Source of the DNA: Candidatus Berkelbacteria bacterium
Lineage (GTDB): Bacteria > Patescibacteriota > UBA1384 > 2-12-FULL-50-11
Reading direction: 5' to 3'
NCBI GenBank assembly: GCA_016432625.1
Contig: CP066697.1
Span: 345,363-390,408 of the forward strand
Length of the DNA: 45,046 bases
The notes below the pieces were generated by a model, which made no database searches, was not told the origin of the DNA, and was given only the letters and a program-made list of their open reading frames with translations. This document shows positions 1-9,389 of the stretch, one piece after another. The number at the start of each line of letters is the position of its first letter. Position 1 is the first letter of the stretch. The position numbers and the translations under genes are program-made.

Positions 1-1164
1 CGGATCCAAGTTGAAGTAGGTAGCCGTGTCGGCTTGTCGTTTGTACGTCTCGGCGTGCTGACGCAACGCTTCAACGCCAAGAAAGATCTCGTCGACACTT
101 CGAGTGACGCGATGGTAAAGATCCAAGCTCTTCCCGGTGATGCCGGTTAAAGAGAGGATATCACCACGGTCGCCGTACAAGGCGAAGAACTGCTGCGCCG
201 CATTGGTTGTGGCCGTAGTTCTTTTCTTGAAGATGTCGTCGAACTCTTCCCGGAGAACTCTCAGCTTATTCGCTCGTGCGAACAAGTAAGAGAGCAGGAA
301 GAGGAGCGCCCCAATGCCGATAATCCAAAAGAAAATCGTTTTGACGAGCTCGTTTCTTGCCTGTGACATTTTGTCGTTGACGAACGTTTCGAGAGTGGCG
401 ATGTCGGGCTTGAGGGCCTGACTTACACTACTCATTTCGATCGGGTCGTTGCGTTGCCGAGCGGCCTTGGCGGTTTCCAAGCTCTTCTTGTACCCGGCAG
501 TGTTGCTGGGAACGAAGCGCTGGTCCGACAAGAGCTCGCTCAGCTTCTCGATCTGGCCATTGAGCGTTGATTGAGCGGTTACCAGTCGTTTCTGCTCCTC
601 CTGTTGCCTCGCGGCTTCGGTGCGAGCAGCGATCCGTGCTGGGTCGGTTTGGTCGAAAAGGAACTCGTCGACAGCTTCCATCATATTGATGATGCCGTTC
701 TTAGGATCCTTTCTTTGCGACTGGACCGAGCGATCGAAGATGCTCGTGTATGGCTTGTGCGCATCGCTGCGAAAACCAAGCTCGCTCTCGAATTTACTGC
801 CTGCCAGAAACCGATATTTCTTCGGATTGTAAGCAAGTAGAAAGATCTGAGATTTGGCCATGTCGAACGACGGGTATCGCTGACCCCACTCTTCCGCCAA
901 CGCGTTGACCGCGTTTGCTGCTCGTTTGTCACCATCGCCGGATCCCGGCAGGTCCCTAACGAGCACGACGTAGAATGGGTAACGGCAACGACGCGCCGCG
1001 CCGTTGAGATCATCGATTCCCGACTGCCCAATCAAGGGCGGGTCGAAATTGCTCGGGATAGTGTAGACATATTGTCCGTCCCGCAGAGCAGGCGTCGGGA
1101 GTTGGGCGAGGCTTATGCCGCAAAGGGCAAAAAGCAGGGCAAGAATCAGTGGAATCTGCTTCAA
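1..1164 (-). CDS. TPM-domain-like secreted/membrane protein; partial, 3' end runs off the window
   Basis: Absent from the supplied track because there is no stop codon inside the window. My own minus-strand translation starts at TTG 1164, with GGAGG 10 nt upstream. It gives a signal peptide (MKQIPLILALLFALCGISLAQ), then YPFYVVLVRDLPGSGDG...SQIFLLAYNPKKYRFLAGSKFESELG (TPM/DUF477-like pattern), a coiled-coil stretch and a TM helix (IFFWIIGIGALLFLLSYLF). All 388 codons are open down to position 1. GC-rich. Confidence 0.55.
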   Translation of the reverse strand, partial: MKQIPLILALLFALCGISLAQLPTPALRDGQYVYTIPSNFDPPLIGQSGIDDLNGAARRCRYPFYVVLVRDLPGSGDGDKRAANAVNALAEEWGQRYPSFDMAKSQIFLLAYNPKKYRFLAGSKFESELGFRSDAHKPYTSIFDRSVQSQRKDPKNGIINMMEAVDEFLFDQTDPARIAARTEAARQQEEQKRLVTAQSTLNGQIEKLSELLSDQRFVPSNTAGYKKSLETAKAARQRNDPIEMSSVSQALKPDIATLETFVNDKMSQARNELVKTIFFWIIGIGALLFLLSYLFARANKLRVLREEFDDIFKKRTTATTNAAQQFFALYGDRGDILSLTGITGKSLDLYHRVTRSVDEIFLGVEALRQHAETYKRQADTATYFNLDP

Positions 1165-1343
1165 TTGGGTGTTTCCTCCATGTCCTTCAAGTGAAGGGGC
1201 GTTGACAGCAGAGTATCTGCTGCACTATGCAGGCGGAATTTTAGCAAGAAACAGGTTGAAAGTCGAGAGGTTTAGCTAGGATTTCTGTTATTATCGTTTC
1301 GAGTTATGACAAATCAACGGAAACTCCCGGAGCGTAAAAGTCT

Positions 1344-1583
1344 ATGAAAATATTCGTCAAAGTTAAGGCGGGGGCGGGGGAGAATGCGGTTGAAAGACTC
1401 GATGCAACGCATTACGCAGTTTCAGTAACGGCCATGCCAGTAAAAAATCAGGCAAATACGGCGGTTATCGAGCTTATTTCCAAGTATTTAAATATTCCAA
1501 AAAGCACTGTCGTCATAAAACGCGGCCAAACTGCCAAGCAAAAAACTTTAGAGATTCTAGGTAACCAAGAGCTTTTTAAATAG
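1344..1583 (+). CDS. DUF167 / YggU-family protein
   Basis: Track ORF of 79 aa. The pattern VSVTAMPVKNQANTAVIELISKYLNIPKSTVVIKRGQTAKQKTLEI matches the YggU pattern (PV.GQAN...L...ks.v.I..G..s..K). This is an AT-richer islet between two GC-rich patches. Confidence 0.75.
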   Translation: MKIFVKVKAGAGENAVERLDATHYAVSVTAMPVKNQANTAVIELISKYLNIPKSTVVIKRGQTAKQKTLEILGNQELFK

Positions 1584-1586
1584 AGA

Positions 1587-1616
1587 AGAGGCGCCTCCCG
1601 TGGGGGAGACGCCTCT
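1587..1616. terminator. Strong GC hairpin between convergent genes (putative bidirectional terminator)
   Basis: AGAGGCGCCTCCC-gtgg-GGGAGACGCCTCT forms 12 bp with one mismatch and is followed by TTTGGG. It lies between the DUF167 stop (1583) and the stop of the minus-strand ORF (1644). Confidence 0.55.
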
Positions 1617-1643
1617 TTGGGTGCCGAGCGTCTGAGCCCGGTC

Positions 1644-2153
1644 TTAGCCGAACGGAAAGTCCTCGAAGCGATGATAGCGACCATGGGGTCTGGAGCGACC
1701 GGAGCCGCCGACCATGATGACTTCCACGCGACCGTGGCTGCCGAAGATCATGTTCATGAACTCGTGGACGCTCTCGTCGAGCAGCTTCTGCGCGTTTGCC
1801 GTTATGATGTGATAGCCGGGCGACTTGCCACAGGAGCAGTCTTTGATCTCCCACTGACCTGTGGTCTCGAGCATCTTCCCGAGCGCCTCACGACCCATCT
1901 GCGAGTGCAGAAAGTCGACGGCAAAGTCGTCCAGTTGAACGTCGTTCAGCACGGCGGCCGCGGTTAGCACCAACGGCATGAGAGCTTCGCGCTCCTTGTC
2001 GGGGATCTTTTCGTTCCTCCGTGCCCACATATTGGCCAGGAAGATGAGCCGATCGTCTTTGCTCGGATTTTCGCCCAGGAGTGCTTGCGCCGAATTGCGC
2101 AAAACCTCCCAAGCTGGTGTCGAAGGCGCTTGATGCGCAGTTGGCGTTTCCAT
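1644..2153 (-). CDS. Hypothetical protein (169 aa)
   Basis: Track ORF 1644..2270. I prefer the internal ATG at 2153 (METPTAHQ...) because GGAGG lies about 11 nt upstream. No motif recognised. GC-rich. Confidence 0.45.
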   Translation of the reverse strand: METPTAHQAPSTPAWEVLRNSAQALLGENPSKDDRLIFLANMWARRNEKIPDKEREALMPLVLTAAAVLNDVQLDDFAVDFLHSQMGREALGKMLETTGQWEIKDCSCGKSPGYHIITANAQKLLDESVHEFMNMIFGSHGRVEVIMVGGSGRSRPHGRYHRFEDFPFG

Positions 2154-2375
2154 GTAAGGTGTGTTCCTCCCATTCACCGAAGAATCAATCTTGGTGACGT
2201 GGCGAAAATGATAGCACTTTTTAGCTGAATCATCAAGGGGGGGCCGAAGCGAAATATAATCATTTGCCACTGAAACTCAGTACGACGCTAGATTTTAAAC
2301 TAGTTAGCAGATAGAATGGTCGCACAACGAGCAGGAGGATTCCTGCTTTGTTCTTACCAGTTTCGGGTACGGAGG

Positions 2376-3494
2376 ATGATGATGAGTACTACACCTGGCG
2401 ATGCCAGCTATTCGGCAGCTTTTGGCCAATCGGCCTACGACCAATTCATCGGGCGTGGACAAGCGATCACGCTCGAGACCGTTAGCAATCTTGAGGGCAG
2501 CGGTATCACGCCCCACGAACCAACTCTTGGCCTAAGTGCCTCGGTTAATGACGTGTGCGGACTTCTAAAGATTGCTCACGTAAATGAAGTGCTTGGCACC
2601 AAGTACCATGATGCCGAGCAGCTGCGCAAGAGCGGCGGGCCCAACCTTTATAGGGTTGTTGGTCACGACGCACTGGCGATGGTCTTGAACGACCTGTCGG
2701 CTGTCGGTGCTCGGCCGTTCGATATCAAGCTGTTCTTTGCCAATCAAGGCAAGCAGTGGTTTGACGACACGGAGCGCACCGAAGAGTTCTACAAGGGCTG
2801 GCATGAGGGCTGTGATCTGGCGAAATCCTGGTTCAGCGGCGGCGAAACGGCCGGCCTGCACTGCACGATCGTTGAGGACGAAGCGGTGTTTTCCGGCTCA
2901 GCAGTGGGCGTCATCTATAACGATGAGCACGTCTACGACGGCACTACGGTGCAGGTGGGTGACCGCATCATCGGCTGGCGGAGCCACGGGCTTATGTGCA
3001 ACGGCTTCACGTTGGTGCACACCAAGTTCATTCCGGCGTTGCCAAACGGCTATATGACGGAGCTTGAAGGCGGTCAGACTGTTGGCGAGGCGCTGATGGA
3101 AAAGACAGACTTCGTCGCTCCGGCGGTTCGCGCCTTTCGCAAGGCGAAACTTAAGGTCAGGATGATCAACAACATCACTGGTCACGGTTGGGCCAAGATC
3201 ATGCGTGCTGCGGTGCCGTTCGACTATGTGATCGAGGAGCTGCCGCCAGTGCCGCCGATCTTCACCCTGATGGAGCAGACGCTCAGCATGCCGCTCGAGG
3301 ATGCCTACGGCGACTACAACCGCGGTTTGGCCGGTGTCGTCATTTGTGACGAGGCTGACTACCGCTTCGTGATGGCGAATATGAGCAACAAGGGTCTGCA
3401 GCCGTTCGAACTTGGCCACGTTTCTGCCCCGGCCATGGAGGGGAAGAGCCGCGTCGTGATCGTGCCCGACAACGTCACCCTGGTTGCCAAGTAA
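2376..3494 (+). CDS. Divergent PurM-superfamily (AIR synthase-related) ATP-dependent enzyme
   Basis: Track ORF 2316..3494. GGAGG at 2371-2375 is followed by three in-frame ATGs (2376/2379/2382). Blocks align by eye to E. coli PurM: LGTK (DGVGTK), GHDALAMVLNDLSAVGARP (GIDLVAMCVNDLVVQGAEP), GGETAGL (GGETAEM), SHGLMCNGFTLVHTK (GPHSNGYSLVRK), NITGHGWAKIMR (HLTGGGFWENIPR), YNRGLAGVVI (FNCGVGMIIA). Confidence 0.7.
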   Translation: MMMSTTPGDASYSAAFGQSAYDQFIGRGQAITLETVSNLEGSGITPHEPTLGLSASVNDVCGLLKIAHVNEVLGTKYHDAEQLRKSGGPNLYRVVGHDALAMVLNDLSAVGARPFDIKLFFANQGKQWFDDTERTEEFYKGWHEGCDLAKSWFSGGETAGLHCTIVEDEAVFSGSAVGVIYNDEHVYDGTTVQVGDRIIGWRSHGLMCNGFTLVHTKFIPALPNGYMTELEGGQTVGEALMEKTDFVAPAVRAFRKAKLKVRMINNITGHGWAKIMRAAVPFDYVIEELPPVPPIFTLMEQTLSMPLEDAYGDYNRGLAGVVICDEADYRFVMANMSNKGLQPFELGHVSAPAMEGKSRVVIVPDNVTLVAK

Positions 3495-3653
3495 CGGCAA
3501 CCGACATTCCAATGCTCACCCTCACAAGGTGGGCATTGTTGTATCTTGGCCAATCTCATATTGCCGAGTTTATGACCCAGGAGTATCCTTGGGGCGGTTT
3601 GGTAGCACTTTCACAAGGCTCTTCAGTTGTCGTAAGACGCGATGGAGGTAAAG

Positions 3654-4610
3654 ATGAAAGTAAAGTTCTTCGGAACCCGAGGTTCCATCCCGGTCTGCGG
3701 CAAAGAGATGAACGGCTACGGCGGTAACACTACCTGCCTCCAAGTCGAGTCGTCCTGTTTGCCTGACGGGTTCGCCCTGGTTGTCGACGGCGGCAGTGGA
3801 TTTATGCCCTTGAGCAGCGAGCTGCTGCAGAAGGGCATCTACACGATTCACATGCTGCTGTCGCACCATCATCACGATCACACCCAGGGGATCTTGTTGT
3901 CCCCTGCGGTCTACTCGCCAAAGATTAGGTTCGAGCTCTACGGACCAGTCGAAAGTGGTATTGGCCCAAAGCAAATGATGCAACACATCATGCGCCCGCC
4001 ATTCCACCCTGTCAGTTTCAAGCTAGTGTCCAACCGGTTTAGCTGTCACTCGCTCGATACCCCGCAAACGAACGTGATCGTTTTCCATCCGGAAGGCGGT
4101 GTACGTAAGGTCGGGGTCGAGGTGCTCGACGGCGTTGAAGGACACCGGCCGAGCCAAATCAGGCTAGGTGGCGGCTTCTACGACATCAGGGAATGTTTGG
4201 TTGTGCGCATGGCGCGCACCGAGCACCCTGAACGGACAATCTCGTATCGCTTTGAAGAACGACCAACCAACAAGGTATTCGTTTTTCTGACCGATCACGA
4301 GAACACCGATGGCGTGCCCGTTCACCTCAGACCTCACCTGATGGGTGTCGATCTGCTGGTGATGGATAGCCAGTACTCCCGCGAGACCTACGACAGACGC
4401 ACGTCGGGCTTCGGCCACGGCACCCCCGACTATTGCGTCAAAGTTGCCCGCACCGTCGGCGCTAAGAAATTAGGGCTGACTCACCACGATCCACTCTCGA
4501 CAGACGAAATGATCAACGCCATGCTCGCTGAAGCGCGTGAGAGCGCACTCAGTCCGAGGTACACGGGCAAGATCTTCGCCTGTCGCGATTACCAAGAGGT
4601 GGAAGTCTGA
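3654..4610 (+). CDS. MBL-fold metallo-hydrolase (PhnP/Lactamase_B_2-like)
   Basis: Track ORF 3642..4610. ATG 3654 lies 5 nt after GGAGG (3644-3648). N-terminus KVKFFGTRGSIPVCG...GGNTTCLQVE...LVVDGGSG. HxHxDH zinc motif present as LSHHHHDHTQG. Distal HGT and THHDP motifs also present. Confidence 0.8.
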   Translation: MKVKFFGTRGSIPVCGKEMNGYGGNTTCLQVESSCLPDGFALVVDGGSGFMPLSSELLQKGIYTIHMLLSHHHHDHTQGILLSPAVYSPKIRFELYGPVESGIGPKQMMQHIMRPPFHPVSFKLVSNRFSCHSLDTPQTNVIVFHPEGGVRKVGVEVLDGVEGHRPSQIRLGGGFYDIRECLVVRMARTEHPERTISYRFEERPTNKVFVFLTDHENTDGVPVHLRPHLMGVDLLVMDSQYSRETYDRRTSGFGHGTPDYCVKVARTVGAKKLGLTHHDPLSTDEMINAMLAEARESALSPRYTGKIFACRDYQEVEV

Positions 4611-4665
4611 TTTCACCTATCCCGTGCTTTCAACTGAATCCTGTGATATCGCTCCAAACCACGCA

Positions 4666-4691
4666 AAGGCCGCCCCGCAACGGGCGGCCTT
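4666..4691. terminator. GC hairpin downstream of the MBL gene (putative terminator / patch boundary)
   Basis: AAGGCCGCCC-cgcaac-GGGCGGCCTT forms a 10-bp stem. There is no clear T-tract on the + side; TTTG follows on the - side. Confidence 0.4.
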
Positions 4692-4773
4692 GTCACGTAA
4701 AACGCAATAGAAAAATAGATCGTCTGCAACTTTTTACATTGTTTGCGCCCTTGCGTCGTGACAGGATGCCCAC

Positions 4774-5394
4774 ATGAGATCTAACGAAACTATGGTTGAG
4801 TCGTTAGTTGCCAGGCGGGTTTTAAAGTCAACCCATTTAATTAGGGCGTTCGAAGAAGTAGATAGGGGATTGTTCGTGCCGAAAGGCTATCTCCAACAGG
4901 CATATTACGACTCGCCACTACCGATCGGGCACAACCAGACAATCTCGCAACCCACCACGGTGGCGATAATGCTTGAGCTGCTACAGCCTCAACCAGGACA
5001 TGTCGTTCTTGACGTTGGCTCGGGTTCTGGCTGGACTACCGCACTCGTTGCTGCCGCCGCTGGACCCTCTAGCAGAGTAATTGGCGTAGAGCGTCAGGGT
5101 GATCTTGTTGTCCTAGGCCAGAAGAATCTTGCCAAGCTGCATTTACCCTGGGCTGAAATTCGCGCAAGTGGCACGGAATTGGGCTATCCAGTCGAAGCGC
5201 CGTACGACAGGATCTTAGTTTCAGCCAGTGCACCAGATATGCCGAGCCAATTACTGGGCCAGTTAAAACAAGGGGGAACATTAGTGATACCGATTCAAAA
5301 TTCGATTTATCAGATCAAAAAAACCTTGACGGGCATTGTTCAACGAGAGCTGCCTGGTTTTGCTTTTGTGCCGTTGCGGGTAGCGTTCGCCTAA
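4774..5394 (+). CDS. pcm: Protein-L-isoaspartate O-methyltransferase
   Basis: PIGHNQTISQPTTVAIMLELL, the SAM-binding VLDVGSGSGWTTALVA, and APYDRILVSASAPDMPSQLLGQLKQGGTLVIPI all match Pcm. Confidence 0.85.
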   Translation: MRSNETMVESLVARRVLKSTHLIRAFEEVDRGLFVPKGYLQQAYYDSPLPIGHNQTISQPTTVAIMLELLQPQPGHVVLDVGSGSGWTTALVAAAAGPSSRVIGVERQGDLVVLGQKNLAKLHLPWAEIRASGTELGYPVEAPYDRILVSASAPDMPSQLLGQLKQGGTLVIPIQNSIYQIKKTLTGIVQRELPGFAFVPLRVAFA

Positions 5395-5418
5395 ATCTGA
5401 AGACAGGAGCTAAAGAGA

Positions 5419-5442
5419 GGCCCTCGCTTGGGTGCGAGGGCC
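5419..5442 (+). terminator. Hairpin after pcm (weak terminator candidate)
   Basis: GGCCCTCGC-ttgggt-GCGAGGGCC forms a 9-bp stem and is followed only by TT. Confidence 0.35.
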
Positions 5443-5716
5443 TTGGCCTATGCGGCCGGAATCGTTGCGCCCCGGGGCAAGCGGGAAGTAGCCAGAACTT
5501 GCCACCGGAGCGAGGCGCTGGAGCCAGGAAGGTCGATGTCCACTGGCTCCGATCTAGTCTCAGTCAGCGTGTCGTTTGCTACTTTATCATGGGCAAGGGC
5601 GATACTCAACACCGACAGAATAATATTAAGTACTGCTTGCTTGACTCTGTTAAAGGATAATGCGAAAATATCGCTAATGTGTGCTCGGTTTAAAGCCGTA
5701 CAACACGAAAGTTTTC

Positions 5717-6301
5717 ATGAAAGCAATATTGGGTCAAAAAGTTGGCATGACACAGGTATGGGACGACAAAGGTCGTCTGGTTCCTGCTACAGTAATTCTC
5801 GCCGAACCCAATAAAGTACTTGAGAATAAGGAAAATACAGTTCTCGTCGGAGTGAAAACAGCTGGCAAAACAGCTAAGGCCCAGCGTCATTTCGCCACCA
5901 AACTCGACTCAAAGCGCGGCATTAGGATCAAAAGCTTCAAAGACGTTTCACCGGAAGGTGAAACGCTTTCTGTTTCACAGTTCAAAGTTGGCGAAAATGT
6001 CAGCATCACGGGAACTACTAAGGGTAAGGGTTTTGCCGGCGTCGTTAAGCGACACGGGTTTGCTGGATGGCCGGCTAGCCATGGTCACTCTCATCAGCGT
6101 CGCCCAGGTTCAATTGGAGCTCAGCGGCCACAGCGCGTGGTTAAAGGTCAAAAAATGGGCGGTCATATGGGCCATGAAACCCTAACCGTACGGGGCAATA
6201 AAGTTATTTCAATAGACACGACCGAAAATCTTTTGATTGTTTCAGGCGCCGTGCCAGGACCAGCCAAGGGTCATCTGGTGATTAGGAGCTTTAATGACTA
6301 A
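5717..6301 (+). CDS. rplC: 50S ribosomal protein uL3
   Basis: In-frame ATG inside track ORF 5681..6301. MKAILGQKVGMTQVWDDKG and GKGFAGVVKRHGFAG motifs. Confidence 0.95.
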   Translation: MKAILGQKVGMTQVWDDKGRLVPATVILAEPNKVLENKENTVLVGVKTAGKTAKAQRHFATKLDSKRGIRIKSFKDVSPEGETLSVSQFKVGENVSITGTTKGKGFAGVVKRHGFAGWPASHGHSHQRRPGSIGAQRPQRVVKGQKMGGHMGHETLTVRGNKVISIDTTENLLIVSGAVPGPAKGHLVIRSFND

Positions 6302-6896
6302 GCCAAAAGGCGCGAATTCAGCGCTAATTAAACAAGCCGTTCTGGCTAAACTTGCCAACAAACGCGCTGCAACGTCTGCAGTTAAAACTCGTGGTCAAGT
6401 CTCAGGTGGTGGTCGTAAGCCTTGGCGACAAAAAGGTACCGGGCGGGCCCGAGCCGGCTCGTCACGTTCGCCAATTTGGGTTGGTGGCGGTAAAGTTTTC
6501 GGCCCAACGAAGGAGCGTAACTATAAGACCAGGCTGCCACAGAAAATGCAGCGCCGAGCACTTACAGAAATACTCAATACAATTAAAAACGACGTTAAGA
6601 CCGTTTCTAGCCTCGCCATGAAAGAAATTAAGACCAAAGCCGCTGCCGAAATGCTGCGAAAGCTTCAAGTAAATGGCGCCGCTTTGCTTATCACAGAGAA
6701 AATTCAGCCAGAGCTACTACTTTCAACCAACAACTTGCCGAATGTATCTGTTACAACAGTTGAGAATTTATCGATTGGCGACTTTGTTTCTGAGCGAAGT
6801 GTCGTGATGGAGCAAAAAGTTTTCGACAAATTGTTCCCAGAAGCCAAAAAAGCCCCGGCTAAGCCTAAAGCAACTAAAAAAGCGGAGACTAAATAA
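6294..6896 (+). CDS. rplD: 50S ribosomal protein uL4
   Basis: [29 protein letters not shown] core motif. Overlaps the rplC stop by 8 nt. Has a Lys-rich C-terminal tail. Confidence 0.95.
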   Translation: MTKPKGANSALIKQAVLAKLANKRAATSAVKTRGQVSGGGRKPWRQKGTGRARAGSSRSPIWVGGGKVFGPTKERNYKTRLPQKMQRRALTEILNTIKNDVKTVSSLAMKEIKTKAAAEMLRKLQVNGAALLITEKIQPELLLSTNNLPNVSVTTVENLSIGDFVSERSVVMEQKVFDKLFPEAKKAPAKPKATKKAETK

Positions 6897-7205
6897 ATGT
6901 ACTCTGTTATTAAACCGCTATTAACCGAAAAATCCGCTGCCAAAATGAGCGAGGGTTTGTATGTGATGACAATTACTGAAGGCGCCACAAAGACCTCAGT
7001 GGCTCAAGACCTTAAAAAGCTATTCAACGTTGAAGTTACTGGCGTACGAATCATTAATTTACCGGCGAAAAAGGTTCGTTTTAAAGCTCGTAAAGGCACC
7101 CAATCAGCCATCCGCAAGGCTTATATACAGCTCAAAAAGGGCCAACAGCTGCCTGGTTTCGAAGTGAAAAAAGAAGATAGAAAAGCTGACAAGGAGAAAG
7201 CCTAA
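6897..7205 (+). CDS. rplW: 50S ribosomal protein uL23
   Basis: Conserved operon position between rplD and rplB. IKPLLTEKS start typical of uL23. Confidence 0.88.
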   Translation: MYSVIKPLLTEKSAAKMSEGLYVMTITEGATKTSVAQDLKKLFNVEVTGVRIINLPAKKVRFKARKGTQSAIRKAYIQLKKGQQLPGFEVKKEDRKADKEKA

Positions 7206-8032
7206 TGCCACGCGCTGTTAAACCGACCGGCAACGCCCGCCGCGGCATGACTTACACCGAGTTTGGAGCACTAACCAAAAAGCGACCTGAGTCGTCACTG
7301 ACACTAAGCTTGAAGAAGCACGCTGGCCGCGACAAGAGGGGACACATCTCAATTCGTCACCGCGGTGGTGGTGCTAAACGGCTATACCGCATTATTGATT
7401 TCAAATTCTTGCCATTCGAAGGTAAGGCAACTGTCAAAGCACTCGAGTACGATCCAAATCGCAGCTCCTTTATCGCGCTTTTGGAGATGCCGGACGGTAG
7501 CAAAAAATACGTCCTCGCCACCGAAAATATGAAGGCTGGCGACACTCTAACCTCCGGGGTTACCAAAGGGTTTTCCCATGGTTCCAGAAACAAACTAAAA
7601 GACATTCCTGTTGGTTACGAAGTTCATAATATTGAAATGCAGCCAGGCCGTGGCGGCCAGTCTGTCCGTTCTGCAGGATCTTCGGCAACAATTACCGCCA
7701 AGGAAGGCAAATACGCCTATATCAGGATGCCTTCTTCAGAAATCAGGAGAATCTTGATAGAATGTATGGCGTCAGTTGGTAGGGTCTCGAACACAACTCA
7801 CAATTTAGTACGTCTTTCGAAAGCTGGCCGTGTTCGCCATATGGGCTGGAGACCAACAGTTCGTGGTAAAGCCATGAACCCAAATTCCCACCCACACGGC
7901 GGCGGTGAGGCAGTTAACCCGATTGGTTTGAAATATCCAAAAACTCCATGGGGCAAACACGCTCTTGGTGTTAAAACCCGACGCAATAAGCGGACGGACA
8001 AATTTATTGTTAGTAGAAGGAAGAAAAAGTAA
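7205..8032 (+). CDS. rplB: 50S ribosomal protein uL2
   Basis: [16 protein letters not shown] and [23 protein letters not shown] motifs. Confidence 0.97.
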   Translation: MPRAVKPTGNARRGMTYTEFGALTKKRPESSLTLSLKKHAGRDKRGHISIRHRGGGAKRLYRIIDFKFLPFEGKATVKALEYDPNRSSFIALLEMPDGSKKYVLATENMKAGDTLTSGVTKGFSHGSRNKLKDIPVGYEVHNIEMQPGRGGQSVRSAGSSATITAKEGKYAYIRMPSSEIRRILIECMASVGRVSNTTHNLVRLSKAGRVRHMGWRPTVRGKAMNPNSHPHGGGEAVNPIGLKYPKTPWGKHALGVKTRRNKRTDKFIVSRRKKK

Positions 8033-8334
8033 TGGCACGATCACTCAAAAAAGGCCCGTATTGCGATCCTAAACTACTCAAGAAACTTGACGGAATGAGT
8101 GCTGGCGCAAAAACGGTCATTAAAACCTGGAGTCGTCGATCAACCATTTTCCCAGAAATGATCGGTTTTACTTTCGGTGTCCATAACGGTAAGTCGTTTT
8201 TGCCAGTTTTGGTGACGGAAGAGATGGTTGGCCACAAGCTTGGTGAGTTCTCCCCAACCCGTAACTTCCGTGCTCACGGCGGTAAGATGGCTAAAGAACA
8301 AGCTCAAGACGCCGCCTCAAAGGGAGCTAAGTGA
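8032..8334 (+). CDS. rpsS: 30S ribosomal protein uS19
   Basis: [10 protein letters not shown]...[25 protein letters not shown]. Confidence 0.96.
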   Translation: MARSLKKGPYCDPKLLKKLDGMSAGAKTVIKTWSRRSTIFPEMIGFTFGVHNGKSFLPVLVTEEMVGHKLGEFSPTRNFRAHGGKMAKEQAQDAASKGAK

Positions 8335-8726
8335 TGTCCGTGACTGTCAAACTACGTTTCTTGCGTCACTCTGCCCGTAAGCTTCGCCCGATTGTCTTGT
8401 TAGTTAGGGGTAAAAGCCTAACGGATGCCTTAAACACGACGTCTGTAATGCCGCAACATTCCGCGTATGACATCAATAAGGCTCTGAAGATGGCGGAAGC
8501 TGCCGCAAAACAGAAACAGTTTGATCCGGCAAAAATGATTGTCTCGGCAATTACCGCTACTGACGGCCCAAAAATCCGTCGACAGCGCCCGAACGCTCGC
8601 GGCCGTTCCAATCGTTACCTGAAACATTTGGCACATTTAGTTATTACGGTCGCCGAAACCGAGAACGAAACGCCAAAAACTAAAAAGAAAACTTCAAAAG
8701 CAGTCAAGAAAGAGGAAACGGAGTAA
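8331..8726 (+). CDS. rplV: 50S ribosomal protein uL22
   Basis: Operon position. [20 protein letters not shown] start. Lys-rich C-terminal extension. Confidence 0.88.
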   Translation: MMSVTVKLRFLRHSARKLRPIVLLVRGKSLTDALNTTSVMPQHSAYDINKALKMAEAAAKQKQFDPAKMIVSAITATDGPKIRRQRPNARGRSNRYLKHLAHLVITVAETENETPKTKKKTSKAVKKEETE

Positions 8727-8729
8727 ACC

Positions 8730-9389
8730 ATGGGCCAAAAAACGAACCCAATTAGTAACCGCATGAGCATGGACGCCGACTGGCGTAGCAAATGGTTTGC
8801 TGTCAATAAGAGCGACTTTCGTAAATACCTTGTCGACGACATTAAAATCCGCGATTACATCAATAAAAAACTGAACAATGCCGGCATTGGCAGAGTGGAG
8901 ATAATCCGTTCACGCGACCGCCTGGAAATTAAATTAACAACCAGCAAACCAGGCTTGGTTATTGGTCGTGGCGGGCAAGGCATTAACCTGTTGAAAGCGG
9001 AATTGCAGAGTAAATTCTATCCCCAGGGCATGCCAGCGGTTAGGCTTGATATAACCGAAGAGCGTAAGCCTGATCTGTCAGCAACTCTCGTTGCCCAGAA
9101 CATCGGGAATCAGATCGAACGACGTATCCCGTATCGCCGTGCCTGCAAACAAGCGATTGAACGAACGATGTCCAGCGGCGCTAAGGGAATTAAAATCCTC
9201 GTTTCAGGACGCCTAAACGGTGCAGAAATCGCCCGCAATGAGAAGTTCCAGGACGGCTCGATCCCACTTTCCAGGTTCAATATTGATATTGACCACTTCG
9301 TCTATCACGCCAAGACCACCTACGGAGTTATCGGCGTGAAAGTTTGGGTTAATCGCGGCGAGCGCGAGGAAGTGGTTGAGGAGAAGTAA
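8730..9389 (+). CDS. rpsC: 30S ribosomal protein uS3
   Basis: [12 protein letters not shown] start and the KH-domain [13 protein letters not shown]. Confidence 0.96.
   Translation: MGQKTNPISNRMSMDADWRSKWFAVNKSDFRKYLVDDIKIRDYINKKLNNAGIGRVEIIRSRDRLEIKLTTSKPGLVIGRGGQGINLLKAELQSKFYPQGMPAVRLDITEERKPDLSATLVAQNIGNQIERRIPYRRACKQAIERTMSSGAKGIKILVSGRLNGAEIARNEKFQDGSIPLSRFNIDIDHFVYHAKTTYGVIGVKVWVNRGEREEVVEEK

Noticed and set aside
1576-2112. Several overlapping track ORFs (1576-1854 -, 1617-1967 +, 1888-2112 -, 1964-2173 -)
   Set aside because: These are shadow frames of the 1644-2153 gene in GC-rich DNA. They are R/G/A-rich with no SD, and only one frame can reasonably be coding.
2898-3512. 204-aa ORF antisense to the PurM-like gene (also 2565-2861 -, 2707-3057 +)
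   Set aside because: The sense frame has clear PurM-family motifs. The antisense frame is H/R/V-rich low-information sequence, typical of high-GC shadow ORFs.
3570-4007. 145-aa ORF antisense to the MBL-fold gene
   Set aside because: The sense frame carries the HxHxDH motif. The antisense frame has no motif and no SD.
5467-5550. Possibility that the GC-rich hairpins are a small SRP (4.5S) RNA
   Set aside because: The rod-like hairpin lacks the conserved helix-8 features I remember: a GGAA/GNRA tetraloop closed by C-G pairs and the AGCAGC-type symmetric loop. It is kept only as an unassigned structured element.
5428-5814. 128-aa track ORF spanning the pcm-rplC spacer and the start of rplC
   Set aside because: It overlaps the genuine rplC start in another frame, runs through the GC-rich hairpins and has no SD. 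Its Arg/Ser/Ala-rich composition is typical of a chance frame.
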